The translations under genes and the position numbers were made by a program. From an uncultured Christensenella sp. (GTDB lineage: Bacteria; Bacillota; Clostridia; Christensenellales; UBA3700), in contig CASDWJ010000045.1 of NCBI GenBank assembly GCA_949284695.1, forward strand, positions 41,871 to 105,870: a stretch of DNA of 64,000 nt, in the 5' to 3' direction. Below the pieces are notes generated by a model. It searched no databases. It was not told where the DNA came from and saw nothing but the letters and a program-made list of their open reading frames with translations. Of the stretch, positions 55,604-64,000 are shown in pieces; the first letter of the stretch is position 1; every line of letters starts with the position of its first letter.

Positions 55604-56983
55604 TTATTCCACTCCGAGTTGTTCTGCTATTGCCTTTGCCGCCTTTCTGCCCGCGCCCATCGCGAGAATGACCGTAGCGGCGCCCGTCACGGCGTCTCCG
55701 CCCGCGTAAATTCCCTCGACGTTGGTCATCATGGTCTCCTCGTTGACGACTATGGTGCCCTTCTGAGAAAACTCTATATCCTTGCAGGATCTGCGTATCA
55801 GCGGGTTGGGGCTGGTGCCGAGAGAGACGATGACCTGATCGACGTCGATCACGTATTCGCTGCCCTCTACGGGTACGGGGCGACGTCTGCCCGAAGAGTC
55901 GGGTTCGCCCAGCTCCATTTTCACGCACCTGATGCCGGATACTCTGCCGTCCGCGCCGAGTATCTCGACGGGGTTGGTCAGCAGTCTGAACTCGATGCCT
56001 TCTTCCTCTGCGTGCATGATCTCCTCGCCTCTTGCGGGCATCTCCTCGCGGCCGCGGCGGTATATTATGTATACCTCGCCTCCGCCTATTCTCTTAGCCG
56101 TGCGCGCCGCGTCCATGGCGACGTTGCCCGCGCCTATGACGGCGACTTTCTTGCCGCAGTAAACGGGGGTGATCGCGTCCTCTCTGTACGCCTTCATCAG
56201 ATTGACTCTGGTCAGGAACTCGTTGGCGGAGCTTACGCCGTTGAGGTTCTCGCCGGGGATATTCATAAACTGAGGAAGTCCCGCGCCCGTGCCGATGAAT
56301 ATCGCGTCGTACTGCTCGCGCAGTTCGTCTATCGTGATCGTCTTGCCGACTACGGTATTGAGCTTTATCTCAACGCCGAGCGCGACGAGTTTGTCTATCT
56401 CCCTGGCGACGACGTCGTCCTTGGGAAGTCTGAATTCGGGGATACCGTAAACGAGCACGCCGCCCGCCTTGTGGAATGCCTCGAATATCGTGACCTGCAT
56501 GCCGCGCATAGCGCAGTCAGCCGCGCAGGTCAGACCGCTGGGTCCGCTGCCGATAACGGCGACTTTCTTGCCGTTGGCGGGTTTCTTTTCGGGCACGACT
56601 CCGCTCTTGAGCGCGTAGTCTCCGACGTATCTCTCGAGCGCGCCGATAGCGACGCTGCCGCCGAGTTTCGTCTTTCTGACGCAGAAGTTTTCGCACTGTT
56701 TTTCCTGCGGGCAAACTCTGCCGCATATCGCGGGAAGAAGGGTGTCCTTGCTTATCTGCGAGACCGCTCCGTCCATATCGTTCTCTTTGAGACGCGCGAT
56801 AAACGCGGGGATGTCTATCCCGACGGGGCAACCCTTTCTGCAGGGAGCCGCCTTACAACCGAGGCACCTGTCTGCCTCTGCGAGCATCAGCTTCTCGTCA
56901 AAGCCGAGGCTGACCTCGTTGAAATTGGTGATCCTGACCTTGGGATCCTGATGTATGGTCTTGTTTCTTTCGCTGTTGTTCAT
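55604..56983 (-). CDS. nfnB: NADPH-dependent glutamate-synthase-small-chain-like oxidoreductase (NfnB/SudA-type)
   Basis: N-terminal Cys clusters (CLGCKAAPCRKGCPV), and two Rossmann motifs VIGSGPSGL and VIGAGNVAMD. ATG 56983 has a GAGAGG RBS. Confidence 0.75.
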   Translation of the reverse strand: MNNSERNKTIHQDPKVRITNFNEVSLGFDEKLMLAEADRCLGCKAAPCRKGCPVGIDIPAFIARLKENDMDGAVSQISKDTLLPAICGRVCPQEKQCENFCVRKTKLGGSVAIGALERYVGDYALKSGVVPEKKPANGKKVAVIGSGPSGLTCAADCAMRGMQVTIFEAFHKAGGVLVYGIPEFRLPKDDVVAREIDKLVALGVEIKLNTVVGKTITIDELREQYDAIFIGTGAGLPQFMNIPGENLNGVSSANEFLTRVNLMKAYREDAITPVYCGKKVAVIGAGNVAMDAARTAKRIGGGEVYIIYRRGREEMPARGEEIMHAEEEGIEFRLLTNPVEILGADGRVSGIRCVKMELGEPDSSGRRRPVPVEGSEYVIDVDQVIVSLGTSPNPLIRRSCKDIEFSQKGTIVVNEETMMTNVEGIYAGGDAVTGAATVILAMGAGRKAAKAIAEQLGVE

Positions 56984-56985
56984 AG

Positions 56986-57801
56986 TCAACCTCTCAATTT
57001 GCACTTACCCTCATGCTCTCTGTAAAAGCCCGAGCGGTTCATCGCTTCCGCGAAATCGACCTTGTGACCGTCGAATTCAGGACCGTCAACGCAGGCATAC
57101 TTGGTCTTGCCGTCCACCGTCAGTCTGCAACCGCCGCACATACCCGTACCGTCGACCATGATGCTGTTCATGCTGACTATGGTGTGGATATTGTATTTGC
57201 GGGTCAGTTCGCTGACGTTTCTCATCATTATCATCGGACCTACGACGAATACGCAGTCTATCTTCTCGCCTCTGTCGATGAGTTCCTGAAGCACCGTGGT
57301 GACGAAGCCTTTAGTGCCGAGCGAGCCGTCGTCGGTCGCGATGAGCAGTTCTTTGCTGTTCTCTCTGAACTCGTCTATGCTGAACAGCAATTCCTTGGTG
57401 CGCGCGCCGATTATCGTCGTGCAGGGTTTGCCCTGCGCCATGCGCAGTTTAGCCTGCGGATAAATGACCGCGCAACCTATACCGCCGCCTACGAGCACGA
57501 CGTTTTCGTACTCCGACAGATCGGTCGCGTTGCCGAGAGGTCCGACCATATCGTGTATGAAGTCGCCCTCTTTGAGCTGTCCCATCTTGTGTGTGCTGTA
57601 TCCCACGTCCTGTACGAGAAGCGTGATCGTGCCCTTGCCGGCGTCGTAATCGCATATAGTGAAAGGCACGCGTTCGCCGTCCTCGTCCACGCGCAGAATG
57701 ATGAATTGTCCGGGCTTGCAATGCGTTGCTATGTCCTCGGCTTCTATAAGGTACTCTTTTACCCTCGGCGCAATGTCGACGATTCTGAGAATCTTATTCA
57801 T
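56986..57801 (-). CDS. nfnA: Ferredoxin-NADP+ reductase-like FAD/[2Fe-2S] subunit (NfnA/SudB-type)
   Basis: FNR-like module (RVPFTI, GPLGN, GGGIG) and a C-terminal cluster DGTGMCGGCR...C. It is paired with nfnB. Confidence 0.75.
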   Translation of the reverse strand: MNKILRIVDIAPRVKEYLIEAEDIATHCKPGQFIILRVDEDGERVPFTICDYDAGKGTITLLVQDVGYSTHKMGQLKEGDFIHDMVGPLGNATDLSEYENVVLVGGGIGCAVIYPQAKLRMAQGKPCTTIIGARTKELLFSIDEFRENSKELLIATDDGSLGTKGFVTTVLQELIDRGEKIDCVFVVGPMIMMRNVSELTRKYNIHTIVSMNSIMVDGTGMCGGCRLTVDGKTKYACVDGPEFDGHKVDFAEAMNRSGFYREHEGKCKLRG

Positions 57802-57876
57802 AACATCTGTCCTCCTGACTGTTCTGCATATTTCCGTTAAATTTTTATAATCAGATTATCCGCTTAACAAGCGTAT

Positions 57877-58527
57877 TTATTCTTGTTTCCCGCAAAGAGA
57901 AGCGTAATAGTCGCAATAAGCGCAGATCGTGCACTTGTCGCATTCGGGGTTCCTCGCCTTGCAGACGTAGCGCCCGTGATGTATAAGCAGGTGATGCGCT
58001 TCTGTCCATCTGCTCTCGGGGATAGCCGCGGTGAGCGCCTTTTCGACGACCTCGGGCTTGTCCGACCTTACGAACCCTATCCTGCCCGCGAGCCTGAGCA
58101 CGTGTGTGTCGACAGCCATCGCCTGACCGCCGAAAGCGACCGCGTAGACGACGTTTGCCGTCTTTCTGCCCACTCCGGCGAGCGTGGTGAGCTCGTCCAC
58201 CGTCGAAGGCACTTTGCCGCCGAAGCGCACGAGTATATCAGTCGAAGCCTTGATTATATTCGCCGCCTTGTTCTTGTAAAAACCGCACGAATATATCAGC
58301 CTTTCGAGCTCGTGCACGTCAATGTTCGCAAAGTCCTCGGGTGTGTTGTATTTCTCAAACAACGTCGCCGTGACCTCGTTGACGCGTTTATCCGTGCACT
58401 GCGCGCTGAGTATTACCGCAACGAGCAGTTCGAACGGCGTTCTGAAGTTGAGTTCGCACACGGGATCGGAGTGCATGAGGCGCAGTCCGTCCAGTATCTT
58501 TTCTGCGACTTCGCTTTTATCCGACAT
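57877..58527 (-). CDS. nth: Endonuclease III
   Basis: HhH-GPD (LTTLAGVGRKTANVV) and [4Fe-4S] motif CKARNPECDKCTICAYC. The start at 58527 overlaps the purA stop (TAATG). Confidence 0.9.
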   Translation of the reverse strand: MSDKSEVAEKILDGLRLMHSDPVCELNFRTPFELLVAVILSAQCTDKRVNEVTATLFEKYNTPEDFANIDVHELERLIYSCGFYKNKAANIIKASTDILVRFGGKVPSTVDELTTLAGVGRKTANVVYAVAFGGQAMAVDTHVLRLAGRIGFVRSDKPEVVEKALTAAIPESRWTEAHHLLIHHGRYVCKARNPECDKCTICAYCDYYASLCGKQE

Positions 58528-59801
58528 TATTTCATCACGACGTACTGTTCTCTTTCCGCGCCGACCGAAACGTAGGTTATCGGGCAGCCGACCGCCTTTT
58601 CGACGTACTTGATATAGTCGAGAGCCGCCTTGGGCAGATCGGACACCTTGCGGCAACCCGAAATGTCGCACTTCCAGCCTTCGAGATACTCTATGACCGG
58701 CTTAGCCTTGTCGAGGCGTTCTCCTCTCGGGAACTCGGTCGTCTTTTCGCCGTCTATGTCGTACGCGACGCAAACGGGTATCTTGTCGAGGTAAGAAAGC
58801 ACGTCCAGCTTGGTCAGAGCAAGTTCGTCCGCGCCTTGCATCTCCACGCCGTACCTGGAAGCTACTACGTCGAACGGACCGACCCTGCGGGGTCTGCCGG
58901 TAGCCGCGCCGTATTCCGCGCCCGCTTTGCGCAGTTCCTCGGCTTCGTCTCCGAACAGTTCGACGGTGAACGGACCTTCGCCCACGCAGGACGAATAAGC
59001 CTTCATAATGCCGAACACGTTGTCGAGCTTATACTTGGGAATGCCCGCGCCGATCGGAGCGTACGCCGCGATCGTGTTGGACGAGGACGTATACGGATTG
59101 ATGCCGAAGTCGATGTCCCTGAGCGCGCCCAGCTGAGCCTCAAAGACGATCTTCTTGCCCGCCTTGACGCACTCGTCGAGGTACTTGCCCGTATTGCATA
59201 CGAACGGCTTGAGCTGATCGCCGTAAGTCGTCAGCCAGTCCATGATCTCCTTTTCGGTGATCTTGTAACTGCCGTACGCTTTCTCAATGAACAGATTTTT
59301 CCACTCGATGATGGATCTTATCCTCTTTTTGAGCGTTTCGGGATAGAAAAGATCTCCCATCGTGATTATCTTCTTGAGATATTTGTCGCCGTAAACGGGA
59401 GCGATACCTCTCCTCGTGGAGCCGTACTTGGCGTCGCCCAGTCTGTCCTCCTCGAGGCAGTCCTGTCTGACGTGGTAAGGCATACAGATGACCGCTCTTT
59501 CGCTGATCCTGAGGTTTTCGGGAGTGATCTTTACGCCCGCGTCGGTCAGTCTCTTCATCTCGTCGACGAGGTGTTGCATGTCGATGACCATGCCGTTGCC
59601 CATCACGTTGACGACTTCGGGACGGAGTATGCCCGAAGGGATGAGGTTGAGAATGAATTTGCCGAGGTGGTTGACGACGGTATGACCCGCGTTGTTGCCG
59701 CCCTGATATCTGACGACTACGTCGTAATCGCTCGACACGAGGTCGACCATTCTGCCTTTGCCCTCGTCTCCCCAGTTGATACCTACGATAGCTGTTAACA
59801 T
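58527..59801 (-). CDS. purA: Adenylosuccinate synthase
   Basis: Contains GINWGDEGKGRMVD and QGGNNAGHTV. Confidence 0.95.
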   Translation of the reverse strand: MLTAIVGINWGDEGKGRMVDLVSSDYDVVVRYQGGNNAGHTVVNHLGKFILNLIPSGILRPEVVNVMGNGMVIDMQHLVDEMKRLTDAGVKITPENLRISERAVICMPYHVRQDCLEEDRLGDAKYGSTRRGIAPVYGDKYLKKIITMGDLFYPETLKKRIRSIIEWKNLFIEKAYGSYKITEKEIMDWLTTYGDQLKPFVCNTGKYLDECVKAGKKIVFEAQLGALRDIDFGINPYTSSSNTIAAYAPIGAGIPKYKLDNVFGIMKAYSSCVGEGPFTVELFGDEAEELRKAGAEYGAATGRPRRVGPFDVVASRYGVEMQGADELALTKLDVLSYLDKIPVCVAYDIDGEKTTEFPRGERLDKAKPVIEYLEGWKCDISGCRKVSDLPKAALDYIKYVEKAVGCPITYVSVGAEREQYVVMK

Positions 59802-59841
59802 ATTTTATCTCCTTTTGCTTAGCAAAATATTTCGTATTTTG

Positions 59842-62800
59842 TCAGGACTTTTTCGAGTCCTTCTTTTCCTCTTTTTTACCGCGAAGTTCCGCCCAGTATT
59901 CCTTGGTCTTGAGTCTGAATTCCTTCATCTCTTTCACAAGCCCGTTGAACGCGCCTATCTCCGCGCGCCAGAATATTATCATCGGGAAGACCGCGAGAAG
60001 CATAAACACTATGTTGATCGTCATCTCGGTGGTGAGTCCCGATATCGACAGTATGTTGCGTATGAAAGACGACGTTATCGCCGCGATATACAATACGAGA
60101 CACATTGCGATGAGGTACAGTCTCTCCTTCGTGTACGGTATGCACACCCACATCAGCACTATGAACGACGTAAGGCTCGTCACGTAGAATGACATCGTCG
60201 AGACCTGAGCCGAGACGTCTATGCCGACGTTCCTGTACATCCAGCATATTATCGTGACCATAGTCGCGACGGTGAATCCCGCAGGTAGCGCCTTTTTGAA
60301 CACCTTCCCGAGGAACGAGCCTCTGACCTTGGAGTCGTTGGGTTCTATCGCAAGGAAGAAGGACGGCAGTCCGACGAACAAGCCGCTTATCAGCGTAAGC
60401 TGTATCGGCTCGAACGGATAGTTCATTCTGAATATTATCAGAAGAAGGGTCAGCAGTATGCTGAACGAAGTCTTGACAAGGAACAAAGACGCCGCGCGTT
60501 CGATGTTGTTGATGACGCGTCTGCCCTCTCCGACCACGCTCGGAAGCGCGGCGAAGTCGCTGTCGAGAAGTACGAGCTGAGCGACGTTTCTGCTCGCTTC
60601 GCTGCCCGAAGCCATCGCGATCGAACAGTCGGCTTCCTTGAGCGCCATCACGTCGTTTACGCCGTCACCCGTCATACCGACCGTGTGCCCCTTCGACTTG
60701 AGCGCGGTCACGAGCACCTTTTTCTGTTTGGGCGTGACCCTGCCGAATATCGTATATTTGTCGCACGCGTCGTATATTTTCTCATCGGTATCGAGTTCTG
60801 TCGCGTCGATGAATTTGTCTGCATTTGCCAGTCCCGCGCGCTCCGCGACCTTGGACACGGTCAGCGGGTTGTCGCCCGAGATGACCTTGAGTTCAACGCC
60901 CTGCTTTGCGAAATATGCGAGCGTATCCTTGGCGTTTTCTCTTATCTTGTCCGAGAGCACTATAAGCGCGATCGGCTTGAGTTTTTCTCTGTCGAGATCG
61001 TCCTTGAGAGGTTGGGTAGTCCTGACCAGTACGAGCACGCGGAATCCCTGCGCGCTGTACTCTTTCACGTCGTTCTCAACGAGCGAATATTTCTCTTTGA
61101 GCACGAACTCGGGCGCGCCGACGATGAATTTGCCGTTGGCTCCGAAGTCCGCCGCGCTCCACTTCCTCGCCGACGAGAACGGGACAGTGCCGACCACTTC
61201 GTATTTTTCGTTGCTTCTGAAATACTGCGCGAAAGCCTCGAACGTCGAGCCCTGCGTGCCGAGCGCCGCGACCATATTGGTCATTATGTCGTCCACGTGA
61301 CCGAATTTGGTGGAATATATATGCGTCTTTTCCACCTGCATGCTTCCTTCTGTGATCGTGCCCGTCTTGTCGAGACAAAGCATATCAACGCGCGCAAGCG
61401 TCTCTATGCTGTAAAGATCCTGCACGAGCGTGCGCTTCCTCGCAAGTTTTATAACGCCGACCGCGAGCGCGATGGACGTGAGCATAACGAGACCTTCGGG
61501 TATCATGCCGACGACCGAAGCGACCGTGCCCGTGACCGCCTCGTTGATCGTCGAAGTGGTGATCCTGTTGGTGTAGAACATCAGTATGCCGAGCGGGAAG
61601 ATCGCGAGCGTGACTATCCTGATTATCCAGTTGATCGAACGCATAAGCTCCGACTTGGGCTTTTTGAACTTCTTGGCTTCGCTCATCAGCTTGGACGTGA
61701 AATTGTCCTCTCCGACCGCGCTGACGCGCGCCTTGCACTCGCCCGCTTGAACGAAACTGCCCGAATAGAGGAAGTCGCCGTTCTGCTTGTGCACGTCGTC
61801 CTGCTCGCCCGTGAGAAGCGACTCGTTGACCTCGCACTGTCCCTCCACGACTATGCTGTCAGACGGAATCTGCATACCCTGCCTTAGTATCATGATGTCG
61901 TCTATGACGATATCCGATATCTCGCTCTGCACGACCTTGCCGTCTCTGACGAGATCGACGTGCGGCGCGGCGATTAGAGACATCTTTTCAAGCACCTTTT
62001 TACTTCTTATCTCCTGCACGACGCCGACGACGATATTGATCGTGACGACGACGATGAAAAGCATATTCTTGAGTTCTCCGAACACGAAGATCAACGCGGC
62101 GAGCACGAAGTTGATGAAGTTGAACAGCGTGAGCACGTTGGACGCGAAAATGCCGAGATAAGACTTGGAAACGACGTTGGGCTGAACGTTGTTCATTCCT
62201 CTGCCGAATCTCTCCTTGACCTGCGCCGAAGTGAGACCTACGGACGGGTCGGGCTGGACCCTCTCGAGTTCTCCCGTATATCTGACCTTTTTATTCTTCT
62301 TTTTCTTGTCGGGAACGACGGCAGTCTCCGCCTTTTCCTCGGGCGAGCTCTCCACTGCGGGCACGGCCGCCGCCCCTTCTTCCAGGGATTGAGTCTCGCT
62401 TTCGGAAGGCTTCTCGTCTGCGACATTCTCCCCGACCGCCGCCTGAGCAGTTTCCTCTTTTACAGACGATACGACAGTCTCGTCGGGGATCGGCTTTTTG
62501 GCTCTGCGCTTCTTTGCGGGCGCTTTCTCCTGCACGGCTTCTGCGCCGTTTTCCTGCGCGGGTGCCGTCTTTGCCTCGTCTGTCGCGACGTTTACGGCAA
62601 CTGTCTCTGCGACAACTTTTGATTTTGCTGATTTATTGGCGGCCTTTGCGCTCTTTGCCGCCTTTTCGACCTCTGAGCCTTCTTTGTCAGTCTCTTTTGT
62701 TTGCGATGCGTCCTCTTTCTTTTCTTGTACGGCTCTTGCGCCGCCGGACGAAGACGCGGGGACTCCCTTTTCTCTGAACTGTCTCGGAGCGCCGCTCGCA

Positions 62801-62973
62801 GACGCAGACCTGCGCGTCTTGTTCGCGCGCGTAGCAGAAGATGCCGCGAGTGCTTTTTCTTCGCTCGTGACGTTTTCAGACGTCGTATTTTCAGAAGCGT
62901 CGGACCTGATCTTCTCCTCGTCCGTTACCGCTTTTGCGGCTTTCGCGCCGTTTGTCTTTTTAGAAGTCGCCAT
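59842..62973 (-). CDS. Cation-transporting P-type ATPase (type II-like) with a ~230-aa low-complexity N-terminal extension
   Basis: DKTGTITEG, TGDGVNDVMALKEAD and 10-TM-type topology. The N-terminus is rich in K, A, E, S and T and is not predicted to fold. Confidence 0.85.
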   Translation of the reverse strand: MATSKKTNGAKAAKAVTDEEKIRSDASENTTSENVTSEEKALAASSATRANKTRRSASASGAPRQFREKGVPASSSGGARAVQEKKEDASQTKETDKEGSEVEKAAKSAKAANKSAKSKVVAETVAVNVATDEAKTAPAQENGAEAVQEKAPAKKRRAKKPIPDETVVSSVKEETAQAAVGENVADEKPSESETQSLEEGAAAVPAVESSPEEKAETAVVPDKKKKNKKVRYTGELERVQPDPSVGLTSAQVKERFGRGMNNVQPNVVSKSYLGIFASNVLTLFNFINFVLAALIFVFGELKNMLFIVVVTINIVVGVVQEIRSKKVLEKMSLIAAPHVDLVRDGKVVQSEISDIVIDDIMILRQGMQIPSDSIVVEGQCEVNESLLTGEQDDVHKQNGDFLYSGSFVQAGECKARVSAVGEDNFTSKLMSEAKKFKKPKSELMRSINWIIRIVTLAIFPLGILMFYTNRITTSTINEAVTGTVASVVGMIPEGLVMLTSIALAVGVIKLARKRTLVQDLYSIETLARVDMLCLDKTGTITEGSMQVEKTHIYSTKFGHVDDIMTNMVAALGTQGSTFEAFAQYFRSNEKYEVVGTVPFSSARKWSAADFGANGKFIVGAPEFVLKEKYSLVENDVKEYSAQGFRVLVLVRTTQPLKDDLDREKLKPIALIVLSDKIRENAKDTLAYFAKQGVELKVISGDNPLTVSKVAERAGLANADKFIDATELDTDEKIYDACDKYTIFGRVTPKQKKVLVTALKSKGHTVGMTGDGVNDVMALKEADCSIAMASGSEASRNVAQLVLLDSDFAALPSVVGEGRRVINNIERAASLFLVKTSFSILLTLLLIIFRMNYPFEPIQLTLISGLFVGLPSFFLAIEPNDSKVRGSFLGKVFKKALPAGFTVATMVTIICWMYRNVGIDVSAQVSTMSFYVTSLTSFIVLMWVCIPYTKERLYLIAMCLVLYIAAITSSFIRNILSISGLTTEMTINIVFMLLAVFPMIIFWRAEIGAFNGLVKEMKEFRLKTKEYWAELRGKKEEKKDSKKS

Positions 62974-63210
62974 ACATTAAATAATATAACATTTTTAAAA
63001 TGTTAAGTCAATAAATTATTGCCTGTGTCGCGCCGTTTACACCCTTATGCGAACGTCACGAGACCTGTTTCGCGGCGAATCTTGCAATCTTACAAAAAAA
63101 TCCCGCCGACAGCCCGCCGACGGAATTTTGTATATTGACCTGAAATTATGCGAAAAGCACCGCCTTATCGCTTCTTTTTTTTGCGGCACGTCGCCTGAGC
63201 GGACGCGATG

Positions 63211-64000
63211 TCAAAGCTCTTTGTTGAACTCCGTTCTCCGCTTCGTCGCCTTGACGAACTCGTCCTCGAGAGCCTGTTTGTCGCCCTTCTCGAGCGCGGT
63301 TTTTATCACGTCGAGATACTTCTCGAACTCGTGTATCGACCTGAGCAGATTGTCTCTGTTGCCGAGAAAGAGTTCCGACCACAGCTTTTCGTTGATATTA
63401 GCTATCCTCGTAAGATCGCGGTAACTGTCGCCCACGAAGCGCGGAGTATCGAACTGCCTGTCGTCGCTGTTGACGAGCGCGACGGCTATCGCGTGCGGGA
63501 GCTGAGATACGAAAGATATGATCTTGTCGTGTTCTTCGGGAGTCAGTCTCATCACGTTCTTGAATCCCATTTCGCGAGCAAGCGCTTCTATCCTCTCGAC
63601 CGATCCCGCCTTGTTGTCTGCGGACGGCGTGACGATGAAGTTCGCGCCTCTGAAAACGCCGTCGTCCGCGTAATCTATCCCCTTTTTCTCTCTGCCCGCC
63701 ATCGGGTGCGCGCACACGAAATCCACGTCCTCGGGCAAAAGACTACGTATCTTCTCGCTGAAATGCGACTTTATGCCTGCAACGTCGGTGACTATCGCCC
63801 CCTTTTTGAGAAGGTGCGCTATCCTCGCGAGTTCTCCCTCCACCTGCTTGGGATAAAGCGCGATGACGACTATGTCGGATACCGGCACAAATGCGTCGGC
63901 GACCGTCGCCGCGTCGTCTGCGAGACCGCGCGCTTTCGCCTTGGCAACGGTAGCTTCGTCGCAGTCCGCGCCGTAAACCGTATATCCGAGTTTCTTGAGC
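63211..64000 (-). CDS. tyrA: Prephenate dehydrogenase; N-terminus lies beyond the right edge
   Basis: HPMAGREKKG and the C-terminal helical domain. I checked the frame codon by codon and it stays open from 63888 to 64000 (..LKKLGYTVYGADCDEATVAKAKARGLADD..). Confidence 0.85.
   Translation of the reverse strand, partial: LKKLGYTVYGADCDEATVAKAKARGLADDAATVADAFVPVSDIVVIALYPKQVEGELARIAHLLKKGAIVTDVAGIKSHFSEKIRSLLPEDVDFVCAHPMAGREKKGIDYADDGVFRGANFIVTPSADNKAGSVERIEALAREMGFKNVMRLTPEEHDKIISFVSQLPHAIAVALVNSDDRQFDTPRFVGDSYRDLTRIANINEKLWSELFLGNRDNLLRSIHEFEKYLDVIKTALEKGDKQALEDEFVKATKRRTEFNKEL

Noticed and set aside
53933-57025. A 1030-aa plus-strand ORF.
   Set aside because: It is antisense to yhbY, obg and nfnB, has low-complexity R/A/D/V-rich sequence and no RBS. 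I treat it as a shadow ORF.
62980-63210. A possible terminator at the direct repeat cccgccgac...cccgccgac near 63100-63125.
   Set aside because: The two copies are direct repeats, not inverted, so no stable hairpin forms. I could not support a terminator call.
63047-63424. A 125-aa plus-strand ORF overlapping the tyrA 3' end.
   Set aside because: It is antisense to and overlaps the well-supported prephenate dehydrogenase gene, and has no RBS or motif.

Overview
This 64 kb window is a gene-dense bacterial chromosome segment. G+C was about 55-58% on the lines I counted. Gene content points to an anaerobic Firmicute, probably Clostridia-like (inference): infC-rpmI-rplT, tsaE-tsaB-rimI, NfnAB, a TM1266-family regulator and ECF S-components behind TPP and FMN riboswitches. 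Most of the window is housekeeping:
- a cysteine-desulfurase-family gene
- two NMT1/SsuA-type ABC importers
- an S41 protease, a malic enzyme and a GPH symporter
- ruvC-proA-yebC and infC-rpmI-rplT
- pgi and an MMPL/RND transporter
- the ilvB-ilvC-ilvD-ilvA-ridA cluster and icd
- the tsaE-tsaB-rimI-hydrolase-murF-ddl operon
- ribU, tRNA-Thr and tRNA-Pro
- valS and pgsA
- obg-yhbY, nfnAB, nth and purA
- a P-type ATPase and a truncated tyrA

The stand-out feature is an AT-rich single-gene insertion at 18488-21289 (minus strand) between thiT and pgi. It encodes a 933-aa cytoplasmic protein with three parts: an N-terminal TIR-like domain, a central NACHT-type STAND NTPase, and 13 near-identical 23-aa BspA-type leucine-rich repeats. 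That is a TIR-NB-LRR layout resembling plant TNL immune receptors. I consider it a candidate single-gene NLR-type anti-phage defence system.

Secondary oddities:
- The 3' flank of tRNA-Pro carries scrambled tRNA-Pro fragments, 39-nt direct repeats and three tandem 74-nt units that each have a hairpin. An XRE regulator lies beyond them.
- A roughly 1 kb non-coding gap (9127-10155) has a strongly T-poor core.
- A MalK-like ABC ATPase has every catalytic motif degenerated.
- MurF has a membrane-spanning N-terminus.
- infC appears to start at a non-AUG codon behind a terminator-like leader hairpin.

All calls come from reading the sequence and the ORF translations. No database searches were run.
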